Assembly: GCA_950097015.1 (NCBI GenBank)
Contig: CATNEN010000030.1
Location: forward strand, 2,852,001-2,916,000
Length of the DNA stretch: 64,000 nt
Direction of reading: 5' to 3'
Source of the DNA: Macrostomum hystrix
Taxonomy: Eukaryota > Animalia > Platyhelminthes
Made by a program: the position numbers and the translations under genes. Under the pieces are notes generated by a model, which worked only from the letters and a program-made list of their open reading frames with translations, searched no databases and was not told the DNA's origin. Below, in pieces: positions 36,601 to 49,075 of this stretch; positions within the stretch are counted from its first letter, which is position 1; every line of letters starts with the position of its first letter.

Positions 36601-37995
36601 TGGATGCGGAATTAGAAATCTGAAAATGTGACTTGTTTCGATTGCTTACCCAGCCTTTGAATCATGTCTACAAGTAATTTAAATCCAACATAGTTAGGGC
36701 AAGTCTCATTTCACCCACATGTCATATATGTATATACAATATAGACATTAATATGGCATGTGTTCTTGTTCTACTGCCTACTGTCTAATTCTACGAGTAG
36801 ACACAAGAAATTTCAGGTGTCCAGTAAATCGTACAAATACGCACATATGAACAAATATACGCAGTTGTTGTGGCAAAGCCACACGCGGAATAGGGGACTG
36901 GGGAGTAAAGGGTAAGCGATACAAAACTGGCTTGCTGCAGTTTTAACTCGCAATAACAAGAGGGGCGAATTGGAAAAGGAGTGAAGTTTGCTAGCAGTAG
37001 CAGTATAGCAGAAGGACTTTTCAATCCGTCCGTGGGGGGTGTGTCCGCTGCAGCCAATCGGAGGCCGAGTACAGCCTGCGAGTGCGAACTCAGCTAGGTC
37101 CAGTGCGCGCGTGCGTGGTGTGTGTGGCCCCACCACTTTATTTTAGGTGCGACAGTCCGCGTGAATTACGACAGGGGGGTTTGGATAGAAGATTGAAAAG
37201 TGAAGCGCAAACGGCCTTGGCTAGGATAGGGAGTGGCGCGCAAACAAAATACTAGGCCAGAGGGGGTAAGAAATGACGCCAAGGTTGTTTGGAAAATGCC
37301 TTCTAAAAATAGCCTCGTCATAAGAAGCGACGATAACAACAAATTCCGCGTAACGCAGTGTTGCTAGTAAGCACAATAAGAGCTTAACTTCTCTCAACCC
37401 GCTTAGCCAGCATGATTAATCAGACAAGCCTGGGTGGTTATATATAATCCATAGATCAATAAAACCACTAAAGATTACAAAAGTACACGTACGCGTACTT
37501 GAATAAAAATACGAGCTGACGCATTAGCGCATACTAAAAAATAAACCATGGCATGCTGCTGTTATCTTGCAGCCTTACAGACAAGTTCATAGCAATTTTT
37601 CAAGAATACCCCGAAAAAACATGGAAACACACTCAGATTAATAGATAAAATGTGCTCACCTCAACGAAATCCAGTAGCTCGTTGGCTTTGTCACGTGTGT
37701 CAGCCAAAGGAGCAGCCTTGGCTAAGCGCAGCAATTCGGGCAGCTGTTCTTCGATGTGCCGCCTAAGTGATGGGTCGCCACCAGCATGACTTGTGCTGTC
37801 TAAGTACTGAGACTCAGTTGGTGTTGGGGGTGATCCAAGGCCATGATACCAAACACGAAACATGGACAGGCACTGGGACACTGTATCCTGTCTAGTATTG
37901 GCTTCCCTGGAGGAAAGTCCTCGAAGCATTGAGATTGAGTCTATGTCTCGATCTATTGGCAGTGTAGACTGCTCTGTGAAGTTGTTCTCTGCCAT
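31022..37995 (-). CDS. SESN: Sestrin, distal-first-exon isoform (about 640 aa): exons 37995-37660, 33791-33351, 33259-32840, 31843-31214, 31117-31022
   Basis: All junctions GT-AG and phase 0. Motifs RVPRPRNDRASNFI, ERHYLAIMAAARHRCSYLV, LLAHRPW, LTYGTM, RRAIWYY, GLRHDDYDY and SEKVHVNLVIMDSRMQASLLYGLRA match sestrins. Confidence 0.88.
32650..32812. repeat. 33-bp tandem repeat, about 5 copies, in a sestrin intron
   Basis: GGCCTGAAG at 32661, 32694 and onward. Confidence 0.9.
33792..34154 (-). CDS. SESN: Sestrin alternative N-terminus (121 codons) reading directly into the shared exon (about 649-aa isoform)
   Basis: ATG at 34154 directly after an in-frame TAA; stop-free and in frame with 33791-33351; acceptor-like tcttgcttaAG 11 nt upstream of the ATG. 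Confidence 0.55.
36365..36560 (+). mobile_element. Degenerate SINE copy (tRNA-like B box plus 3' tail of the 53129 family)
   Basis: AAGGTCGGGAGTTCGAATC, then GTGGGTGTGGCAC..AGTCCACGGAC..GCGCCGCACAATAG..CGGCTGT similar to 53129-53453. Confidence 0.6.
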
Positions 37996-38509
37996 TGTAT
38001 TGCTCAACTTGAAAAAGCAATGTAAAAAGGATTTACAAGTAAAAACTAATTAGAAATAAAAAGACGAGGTACATAAATGCATATGGATATTTTGCCCAAT
38101 ATTGAGAGTGACAACTTAAACTGATTTAACAATAAAGCATAAAGCATAAAGCAGAGGCATAGCTACCTACATATACTTAAATATAAAGTTAAATAGTTAA
38201 ATATCAAGCAAGTAATTAGCAAGTAAAGGCAAACTAAAGTGTTTTAATCATACAGGTAGCTTAGTAAACAACATACTGTTAAGATAATTTCATAAAAAAA
38301 CATTTTTTATGATTTTTATACTATAGATGGCTAACTTTTGACCACAAAACCTTGTCTAACAGACTAGCTCTATTAATTTTATTAAAAATGCTTTTTTACA
38401 AATAGTTAATTTTTGCTTATAAAATGTGTGGTAGAAAAAAATGAAAGACTTTCACTTTTTGTGTACTTGTGTGTTTGATAAAGCTTTGATTACGCTGGTG
38501 TTTGATGAT

Positions 38510-38684
38510 CAGGGGTGTAGCCAGGATTTTTTTGTTGGGGATATTGGTTTTGGTTCTATCCAGCGTATCCAGAATAAAAAACAATTAATTTATTTCTTTT
38601 GAAGAAACTAAATGCGAAAAAATTTGAGGCATCAAACTTTGGGGGTATCGGCCAATACACTGATACCCCCTCGCTACACCACTG
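38510..38684. mobile_element. 175-bp hAT-type MITE
   Basis: TIR CAGGGGTGTAGC and GCTACACCACTG; perfect 8-bp TSD TTGATGAT at 38502-38509 and 38685-38692. Confidence 0.9.
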
Positions 38685-38817
38685 TTGATGATGGTTCCAA
38701 TTCCAAAGTAGATGTTTGACAAAGTTTCCCAAAGCAAGCCGGACTTGACATAATGCAGTCAATGAGAACTTTCTGGCAATGACTGATGGGCTAAAAACAG
38801 CAAAACCAAAAGGAAGT

Positions 38818-39501
38818 GCTTATTCCCACGGTCCCGTGCCGATAATTTCAATTATATCCACACAGATCTGTGCCGATAATTCTCTGCCTATCCACACAGC
38901 AGCTTGTTTTGCCAATAACTTTGAGAACTTAAAGCACATATTTTACAGGAACTGTGCAGCAATTTTCATGTACTATATACAACTGGCCATACATGTTTTC
39001 CAGAACCTGCAGTACCTGTAGTAGTGCCTCTTTTAATTACGAGAAATGCACACATTAAATTTTGAATAATAAGTAACGTTGCTAACAATCACATGAGAAA
39101 TCGCAAAAGATTTAGTAAGTTTTTATTACAATAATTAAAAAGGATAACATTAATGTTGGTTAATGAATGTGTAGGTCGAAATGTAGAACACTGTTGTAAC
39201 ACACTGGCAACTTTGTTGATCTATTGGCTCGAGGGTTCAACAAAATGTTCAAACCTGAAAGGGCCTCATTTCAGGCCTAGGCCTAGGCCTAGGATATATA
39301 GGATTCATACAAGCTGCCATGTGGATAAGCATAAAATTATCGTCATGGATCCATGTGGATAAAATAGAAATTAATGACACAGCATATATAAAGAGTTGTA
39401 GACCTATTCATACAAGCTGCCGTGTGGATAAGCAGAAAATTATCGGCATGGATCCATATGGATAAAATTGAAATTATCAGCACAGGACCATGGGAATAAG
39501 C
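38818..39501. mobile_element. Foldback-like element with about 85-bp imperfect terminal inverted repeats
   Basis: 38818-38905 (GCTTATTCCCACGGTCCCGTGCCGATAATTTCAATT…ATCCACACAGCAGCTTG) is the reverse complement, with mismatches, of about 39414-39501; an extra partial copy lies at 39304-39372. No clear TSD. Confidence 0.6.
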
Positions 39502-41511
39502 TCTGCCAAACCAAAAACCAAAAGTGCATTGTTGCCTGAGTAACTGTGGTCATTTGTGTTGGCAACATTACATGCTCAGCCCTGCCAGGCCAACCAAATG
39601 GAGATATGGCTAGCCTGCTCTGCTTTGGGGTTTCTAATGAAACCTATGAGTCATAGCTTCAAGTCTTACAAGTAATTAGTCAAGTATGCAAAGAAATCGA
39701 CATGAAAAAGTTATGAATTACAGTACTCCTACAGGCACTTTGGGCTCACATTTTAAGCATAAATCACTGTCATACTTAGATATTGCTAAAAGTAAATTAT
39801 CTATAATAATGTGTCAATGTGATGAACCAATATCGGCAATATGTAAAAAGTCTAGGTGTTCACAAATTTCTATAACATAAATATAGTTATTTACATGTGC
39901 CTGCATTACAAAATGTAGGCACATACATAAAGTAAGTACATCGAAGTTGCGGATGAAGGCATACAGCTAGACCTACACTCGATACAGACAAAAATATATT
40001 GTATTCTTTTTATACCATATGTAAACTTCTGTTTTTGACATGCCTCAAATAAATTAAGAAACGAAATACAGATATAATCTCTTTAATAAAGAGAAAGGCC
40101 AAACAAGAAAAAATGTTACACGAAAGCAAAAATATGCATAGGCAATTAAGTATACTTAAGTATTACACGACGCGTGAGCGAATTTGGATTATCGTTTTTT
40201 AGTCGCGATTTTAAACCCACGCGTATTTTTAAAATGGCACTAAAACAATTTCTTTTTTGTTGTGACTGTCATTCTGTTCTAAATAGTTCCCACACTATTC
40301 CTGCGTATTTTGCTTTTTGGCTGTCGGAAGTGGTAATTATCTAAAATTATGTCTATTATATATGTTTTCGTAGAATATTGACTAATTGACATTACATCCT
40401 TAAACTAATACTGATAGATTACCTCAACAAATAAATCAAGAAAGCACACACGCGAACTCTAGTAGCCAACTATCAGATGATTGAGAGCGAGTTTCTAACG
40501 CTTTAATGCACAATGAGCGGCAAGCCATGCATGAATGTAGTGAAAACGAACGGCTTTTTTTCGAAGAACGAAAGGTGTAAATATGGTACGTCATGATCAT
40601 TTAAAGTGCTCTGATTGCAACTTTAACAGGTGCGGGGCCAAAATTTACTGCCCACAGCCTATCCACGTCCTCTTGTTGACTGCAGCGTCGCCTCATACGT
40701 TGCCAGGCTAGCTTGGTGCTATGGTGTAGCACAAAATAGCATGGTAGGGGGTACCATCTATGAAATAGCTCGTACGTGGACTATAAATGGGCGCATCCAT
40801 TGATCTTAGCGACGTCAACGTACCAGACACGTAGAATTATACTGGCTTTCAGTCACAACAAGACTTTCCCATTTTTGATACTACTGTATCCCTGTTTTGC
40901 AACTGCTTGTTGTGATCTGTTGCTACGTCGAGATTTAAAGCAAGAAAGGAATATATTTCAGCACTATAATAAAAACGGCATGGATACTTATTCTTTAGCT
41001 TTCACCCTGGCCAGTACAAGATTTATGCTAGTTTATTTTATGAATATTTTGAATGTTTTGAAGTCAAATAAAAATGCTACATATAAAAATTTAACCTTTA
41101 AGTTACAGCTTTGATCAGCCAAACGCTAGTTCAAACAAGCATTCGGCGTGCTTTTTAAAAGACAAAGAAATTAGGAAAGTTTTATTTTATTGTTCGCATG
41201 AAATTAATTATCGATATCGATATTTTGGCCACATACAGAGATATATAATGGTGTATTAAATTTGCATGCCATTTAAAAATGGCTACACTAGGAGTGTAAA
41301 TGACAGACTAAGCGCTTTGCTGTGATGTGATGTGCGTCGAGGAGCAAGTGAATGAAGGCAACTTAAATGTTAAAAATGCCTACATCTAAAAAGCAACTGG
41401 ATTTTTATGTGAAAAGAATGAGAGGCAAAGAGAAGACGCAAGTTAAAGCCACTAGAAACTGCAGTAAAACGACAATTTATAGATGCGGGGAGATATCGGC
41501 GCGACCAGCCC

Positions 41512-44361
41512 TTAAAGTAAGTCAAAGAAGTAGTCCAAGCCCTGACCAATCTCCCAGATTGAGATGCCGGTCCCTAGACTCTTAGCAAGGTTTACCCGGG
41601 CCTGGATTGAAGCCAATGTTGGATAGGTCAGCATGTGCGCCCCGATACCGGTTCTGAAATCGGACATGACAATGCGATACCCGCACAACAGCCCCACAAT
41701 CGACCATCTGCCAATCTTCTAGTCCCACTGGACCATCTACCAATCTCTCAGTCCAGTCTATCTGAGAGGTCTCTCTGTGATCTATCTCTTACATCCCAGT
41801 CCTACTATGGACTGCCTCACACCCCAGTCCTACAATGGACTGCCTCACACCCCAGTCCTACAATGGACTGCCTCACACCCCAGTCTTACTATGGACTGCC
41901 TCACACCCCAGTCCTACTATGGACTGCCTCACACCCCAGTCCTACTATGGACTGCCTCACACCCCAGTCTTACTATGGTCCTCTTGCAGGTGCCCGCATG
42001 CAAGCAAGTGTAGATGAGAGAAGAACTCACGTGAACTCCAAGAAGTGCTCCTTGTGCACCGAGCTCCACTGCAATTCCGGTCTATGCTTCTTAAGAATCT
42101 CGAGATACTTGGAGCCAACAACAGGTTCAACATTGCCGGGCACAAAATCATAGCCATAGAAGCTCAGTCCTAGCAGGATCTTGGCTCTAAGCGGGCTGAT
42201 AGAGTCGGGCACAAGGTTCTCCACGCATGAGCGCATCCAAGCCACTGGCGCATTGGGTGCAGCCTCGTGTAATCCGGCATTCTGGGCGAAGTCGTACGTC
42301 ATCAGTGAGAAATAGTCTACGTAGGCGCTTAGCGCGTCAAAGTCGGCCTTGGAGAAGACAGCAGACGGCTGGCTGGCAGAGAGGGGAAGACAAAAAATTA
42401 TTTGTAGCCATTATCCTGTGATTTGATTGGATAGCTTACATAGTTCTTTGGGTTACACAATCTCAAGTAGATCTAATGAATAAAAAGGAACAAAAACGTA
42501 TTACAACAAGTATTAGTGAAATAAAAGAAATTTGGGCCACATTTACAGTAAGTGGCACAATGCAGATATTGCGCGGCGCTTCCAAAGACTGCACAGCTGT
42601 TCAGTCCGTGGACTGGAGGGTCGCAACACCCACCCAGGTTTCTACACCAACTAACGCTGGTGCCCATTTTACAGCTGGCTGAAGCAATTGGGAAAAAAGT
42701 TTATTGCTCAAGGTCAATTTTTCCAGACTCACTTGTTGAGCAGAGGCGGCGGCACAACCAGCACTAGCAGCTGGCCGCTCGCGTGCATATCCTCGGCCAG
42801 GTGGCTAATAAAATGAGCCAGCTCCTTGTTACGGTGGCCGCCAAGACCTGACCAAACCTCCAGTACGGCGCCATCGAAGCTGTATTTTTTTAGAAAATTG
42901 ACCACAGTCTGGGCACAGCCGTTTGCCACGTATTGGTTGGTAAGCAGACGGTGGAAATCCTGCGAGCTCCAAGATTCAAATATGATGCGCGGCACAATGG
43001 CCACCTTGCCGCTGGACTTCACCGCTCGAATCCAACCTGTCAGGAATTTGGTTGACGGGGCTGAGTGTGAAGGACAGCGATCTAGTAGCTAGACAGGGCC
43101 ATTGTAGAACTAAAAAAGGCATAATAGTCTCGATATGTGGAAAAAAAGTTTTTTGAAGCGAAAAACCTTTCTTTACTAAATCCATCCACTAGGAGCATTT
43201 CAGCATGCTTTGTATGGCAAGTGATTGGCCTGTTGCTCCTTTATATTTGTGCTTTTTTAGATGCTATTTGTCGCATCGCTTCTAGCCAGAATTTACTTTT
43301 TTTGTCTATTTGTTTTTTTTCACGCAATGCAGTCATATATATTAATATTACTTTCTAAATGACACTGGTCATTGGAAATGGATGAGATACTAGGACAATA
43401 GATTGGACTTTTAAGTGACTTAAAAGTTACTTAAATGACTCTTGGTCACAATGGACAAATTTGGTTTAAGAAACGGACAGTCACAGCTATCTCCTCAATG
43501 CAGTTTCGCTTAAATCGACCTTGAAATAATTTACCAGAAATCGAGAGACTTGAGGCCTCGTAATTTAGTAGTCGTTGCATGGATCAGGAAAAATTTACTC
43601 ATGGTAGAACAGGAAACGCGTGTCCAACTAACCCTGATCAATGTCGTGATCCCCAGTGATGACAAATCCAGTTTCAGATTTTCCCGGCCGCAGCTGCAGC
43701 CAGACAGGCGATACAAATGAAAACTTTGGTCCGAACGTCTTGGCATGATCGTAGCCTCTCGAGTTCCACTACAATGCCAAAAAAATTCGAAAATTCACGT
43801 CAGGGATATGAGAGATTAGCAAAATGAATACCAGGAGAAGGAGACATAACACTCACAGGTGTTACATAGGCCAACGTGGCCAATGGGAATAGTTTAGTCT
43901 TGGCGTGGGTCAGGGAGTAGGACAAATGATTGTATAGTATGTCCTTATAGCTGGGCTTCTCTGTTACCAGGCCGCGCTCCGTTACCAGCGATTCGACTGG
44001 AGGCACCGCCTGCAGATAGTGGTTATGAAATCTTTGTGCTTAAACATTTGCAGTTTGTAGATAGACAGATGGAAGATAGCTAGGCAATATTTAAAAAAAA
44101 TCCAACCCCTTTTACTCTTTTTAAATTTACAGTGTCAGGAATATAATGATTTCATCACTAGGTTGTACTGTCCATGCACTGTCCAAACTATTTATCTAAC
44201 AAAATTATCTAGCAACTAACAATTATAAGCAGCTAAACCAAGGAACATCAACAAACCGATTCACTGGCTGCCTTCTTTTTCTTTTTGTCAGACTTTGATA
44301 AAGTGGAATCAAGCTGGGGCACCAACAGAAGAATTGCAAGTATCAACACAATGGCCTTCAT
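41512..44361 (-). CDS. CHID1: Chitinase domain-containing protein 1 (SI-CLP), GH18 fold, 393 aa: exons 44361-44257, 44009-43857, 43768-43633, 43036-42733, 42372-42031, 41653-41512
   Basis: Phase-compatible GT-AG junctions (0,0,1,2,2). Signal peptide [15 protein letters not shown]; [41 protein letters not shown] and C-terminal [17 protein letters not shown]. Confidence 0.95.
41795..41976. repeat. 28-bp minisatellite CCTACTATGGACTGCCTCACACCCCAGT in the last CHID1 intron
   Basis: Direct periodicity, about 6.5 copies. Confidence 0.95.
42545..42640 (-). mobile_element. SINE 3'-tail relic in a CHID1 intron
   Basis: The reverse complement matches GGGTG..CCAGTCCACGGACTGAACAGCTGT..GCGCCGCGCAAT of 53129-53453. 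Confidence 0.6.
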
Positions 44362-45024
44362 CTGAAACAATAGTATGGAGTGAGTATTCTTTGTATATGC
44401 TCTAATTAAGTATGCTTGATTATTATCTCTTCTTTGCAAGTTATTCAATTTAATTAAAATGAAAATGATAATTTCATTAATTGTCATTAATTAACAAAAT
44501 CAAAATAAAAAATTTCTTCAAATTTACATCTGCACTCTTAATAAAAACCAACATCTTATAACAAAAATGCAGATTTCAGTATATATAATGTATAATACAA
44601 TTTTGGCTCAATCAATTTAGCTAATTGCCAGCTTTGTATTGGAAGGATATCAGCAAACACTAAATACATACATAGGAAAGCAGTAGGGCCTTAGCCATTT
44701 ATGCACTGTAAGTTACAATACTCTAGATAGCTATCAACTCAAAATAAAGATATATAAAATATCTGCCTTCTTACCTAACATGCAATTAGTTTCTGGTAAA
44801 AGTTTATATAGCCAGAAATATATAGAACTGTGGAAAAAAACTAACTACTATATTAAACAAACAACTTACTTCCAGTTAGAAAAAAAATATAAAAAATGTC
44901 GTACGACAGAGATTGTCTATAGACATAATTTATGAGCCTAGACCATTAATTTAGTGAAAATATAGGGATTATAGCTTAGCTATGCCTAACTTTTTAGTAC
45001 TCAATTAAGAAAAATACAAAAGTC

Positions 45025-45305
45025 CATACATGCGCAACCTCCCAAATCTTAGCCGGCCGTGCGACTTAGTTTTTGCTCTCATTTGCGACTTAGTTCGTTT
45101 CATTGCTCTATTTACGACTTAGTTTGCTCTCATTTGCTCTCTTTTTCTCTCCCCTTTTTCCTTTTTTTCACGCCTTCCTTTTTTGTCCCTTGGTCCCCCC
45201 TTTGATTTTTTTGCGCTTGGTTGATTGGTTTTTGCGACTTACCTTGCTTGGCCCTCGTTTCACCCGGCCGGTTCGGCTGGGTCAGCCGGGTGTTGCGCAT
45301 GTATG
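45025..45305. mobile_element. 281-bp hAT-type MITE, copy 1
   Basis: 14-bp TIR CATACATGCGCAAC and GTTGCGCATGTATG; perfect 8-bp TSD CAAAAGTC at 45017-45024 and 45306-45313. Confidence 0.93.
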
Positions 45306-47310
45306 CAAAAGTCTAACCTAGAAAAATAAATACATTACCATCTGACAAACTATATTAGTTATTATTATTATAAATGATACTGATATACACTCATGGCCAT
45401 TTATGCAAAAAGCTGAAAATTCTAGGCATGTCAGACCTTATAAGATATACCCCAAATATTAAAACCAAAGTGAGTCAAACCCATTTTTCTTGTAACTTGC
45501 ACATATAGCAATATAGTTTCATTCGTTTTATACTGAAATTTATTATATACTCTTTTTAGCAGCTAAGCCTACAATAACTCTGGTCCCAACCCAGAATAAA
45601 AATGGAGGAGCAGAGGGTACAAGTATTTACTCTAAAGTAGCAATGCAAATTAAACTCAGATATACTTTTAAGATCAAGTTCTAGATGTTCCACTTTTACA
45701 TGGAGTTTTTTTATCTAAGCATAAATTCTCAATATATACATGCACAATATGTAAATCATATGCAGATAATTGCATTGAAGTGACTAAGTGTATGGTTAGT
45801 TGATAAAAGGCAGTTGCAGTTGTGGATCATTTTCTACAAACCCACTAGGCAACCCACTCAGCTTTAGCTGTTTTGAGTACATTTCTTGTGCATTTCATAC
45901 ATTTCTTTGTGAACCAAATTGCAAATTTATTTTTTATACACGATACAATGCATTCTCTATATTAAATGTATCAATTCTCTAATATTAGATAGGCCTATGC
46001 TAAAATCGCAGACATTAAAGCCTCTGATAAGATAATAAAATTTAGTACCATTAACTAAATCTATGGTTAATTAGGGCCAATGTCTTGACCATCGTCAATT
46101 ACGAACAGCTAGTATACTGTATACAGTGCACCATATGACATACAATTTGCCGACCCATTTCTTAGAAACACCAGGGATTAAAAATGCGCTGCACAGCTGG
46201 CATATAATAACAAACCCCTGAAAAATCTTATTATTTTTTAGTTGAAAGAAAATACTTTTACAACGTTATAGTTTTTAAAGATATAGGCCAGTGGCAGTCT
46301 ATGACGGCAGTGGCTTAGGTCCAATGAGCATTATTTCATTGTCCCATCCCGTTTTACTGTCCTTTATTTATTTATTACATGAAAATCACAATTGGCTATT
46401 ATTAACTCTATATCTAAACAAATATAAACGACGATAAAAATATTTAAATTTAAGTAATAGGAGGCCTTGGCCAAGCCACCTAGTCAATTATTTTTTGTGT
46501 CTCCAGTTAACTAAACTAAACAAATACCAAACTGCCATTTATTCATAGCATTAAAAACTATAGGAAAAATAAACAGCTATTTATATAACCCTCTGGCCAC
46601 TGTGTCAGACATTGGTATAATTAACTGTGTCTTTGTTAATATATTATATTATTAATGATCAGATTTTGACTCTAAAACCCCGCGAATACAAATTACAATG
46701 AGCTTATCCTCAAAGTAATATCTTTAATTTCTTAGGGTAAGGGCCTAATCAATATTTTATAATCAAACAATAGCTATTTGATGTTGCCTTTGAAAATGTA
46801 GTCATCTGTGTAATAAAATATACTAAATTTGACTCTATTTTGCTATTCATTTATTGTCATTTCTATAAAAGCTATATATTTAGATAGAAACTGAATGTTG
46901 ATTGTAGAACACAAACAAAAAGTATATCATTTTAGTATGGATGGCTTTTAGATATTATTTTCAGACAGGCACAACAGAATCCATAGTCTCTTTGGTGTGC
47001 CACATGGAAATATTTTGACCCTATATTTGTTGTACACCATGCATGCAAAGCTGATAGCCCTCTGTATGCTTAGAGACTGGGCCTAGGCCTATTTTTCTTA
47101 TTTTCTAGAGTTCTGCCATAGCAATGGATATGGCTAGGCCCTATTTTAGAATAGGATTTGGGAAGTTATAGATACATAGATTTTTGGACAAAAGTTACAG
47201 ATATGGATATGATTAAGGGAACTTCTGTTTCTGGCATCTAGTTTCCCCTATTGGAATAAGTTGACAAATTGCATCTGACTGTCTGTTGCATTTCAGACTT
47301 TTTGGTGTTG

Positions 47311-47890
47311 CACCATAGTTAGGAAGGTGGCACAGCATGTGCCATAATAAATTTTGGAGGGACAATCTGTGCGCTGTCCATACATGCGCAACACCCGGCC
47401 GACCCGGCCGAACCGGCCGGGTGAAACGAGGGCCAAGCAAGGTAAGTCGCAAAAACCAATTGACCAAGCGCAAAAAAATCAAAGGGGGGACCAAGGGACA
47501 AAAAAGGAAGGCGTGAAGAAAAGGAAAAAGGGGAGAAAAAGAGAGCAAATGAGAGCAAAATAAGTCGTAAATAGAGCAATGAAACAAACTAAGTCGCAAA
47601 TGAGAGCAAAAACTAAGTCGCACAGCCAGCTAAGATTTAGGAGGTTGTGCATGTATGGCGCTGTCTATATGCCATCTATGTGCTGTCTATGCATTGTTTC
47701 TATCCCCTAACCCTGACCCTACACAGAAAAGCACCCTATGTTAACCTGAGACCCTTTGTGTGTGCCACGCTTGTGCACCAATGTGCGCTGAGACCCTTTG
47801 TGTGTGCCGCACTTGTGCACCAATGTGAGCAGAGACCCTTTGTGTGCACCAGATTTTTTTCCCTCAGAGGCCACCTTCCTAACTATGGTG
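47311..47890. mobile_element. Putative host MITE with a perfect 21-bp inverted repeat, interrupted by the 47379 MITE
   Basis: CACCATAGTTAGGAAGGTGGC at 47311-47331 and its reverse complement at 47870-47890; internal ~32-bp repeats. No TSD seen. Confidence 0.5.
47379..47657. mobile_element. 279-bp hAT-type MITE, copy 2, inverted relative to copy 1
   Basis: Same TIR (one mismatch on the right); body is the near reverse complement of 45025-45305; perfect 8-bp TSD GCGCTGTC at 47371-47378 and 47658-47665. Confidence 0.93.
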
Positions 47891-48795
47891 GCCACGGCAT
47901 AAATGTGGGTCACTTCACAACTTCAGTCAGTATGTTGTGTGCTTTATGAGCCACACTGGGGTGCCCAACACTGGCACTTACCTGGACCATGTTTTTGTGC
48001 TGGCTCTGTGGCATGTTATCTGACGCTGCCTTCCTGACTTTTGGGGCTAGTATCTCTTGTTGTTGTTGTTGTTTGTTGTTGTGTGCTTTAGTAGTTTAGA
48101 ACTTACTGAAATTTGAAAGTTTAATGGCATTAGCCTTTGGGTCTATGGCCTACTACTTTGTCTTAAAGCTACTATCAATGTGAGCAGAGATCAATGCAGG
48201 ATAGGCCTAGTACAGATACAATAGACATTTTAGCTATGCTCTCTTACAGTGTTGGGCATTGATGCTAAAAAGTACCATAATGCTCAAATACCAATACCTA
48301 AAAAGTATTGGTTATAGTTTATGGTACAATACACAGTAGGACTACCAAAATTTGAGTATCACACAAATTAGTCCAATACTTAGTTTGATTAGCTTCAATA
48401 CTTATATTTTCTGTATTTTAGTATTTTATAGGCCTACCTAGAACATTAGTTTTGCTATAGAAGGCACAGTTTTATTGAGATTAATGATAACATTAAACAA
48501 TATCCCATCCCACAAGTAAGTAAAGACTTGTCAAAGAAAAGAAACAAAACTGATTTTGAAGAGTCATTAGCTATCAATGTCAGTATCTTTGTCATTTAGG
48601 CCTATAGGGCCTAGTAGATAGTCTTGACCACTGCATGCCATTATCTTTAGTATAGACAAAACGTTCCTGAACTATATTATTGTACAAGCACCTAGGCCCT
48701 ATAATAACTTTTTTCTTATTATGAATTTTAAGTCCTGTGACATATCTGCAGACACGGCCATATGACTGAAAAATCAAGAGAAAGGTCAAGCAGAA

Positions 48796-49075
48796 GAAGG
48801 TCGGGGGTTCAATTCCTGACTCCACTGAAACAATTTGTGTCCTTTAGCAAGACACTTAACTCTGCATTGATTCAGTTCACCCAGCTGTTAAATGGGTACC
48901 AGCATCAGCTGGGATAATTGAAGGTGGGTGTGGCATCCCAGTCCATGGACTGAACAGCTGTACACAGCCTTCAGATACGCCGCGCAATAGCTGCGGCTGT
49001 GCTGTCGGCTGCACATCTGGCCCAATTGGGGCAGGTGTAATCAATTATTTATTATTATATTTTTATTATTATTAT
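48796..49075 (+). mobile_element. tRNA-derived SINE, copy lacking a recognisable A-box head
   Basis: Near identical to about 53177-53453, including the B box and (ATT)n tail. Confidence 0.88.

Noticed and set aside
42890-42920. CHID1 as an active chitinase
   Set aside because: The GH18 DxDxE motif reads FDGAVLEVW, the known non-canonical state of CHID1/SI-CLP; not novel.
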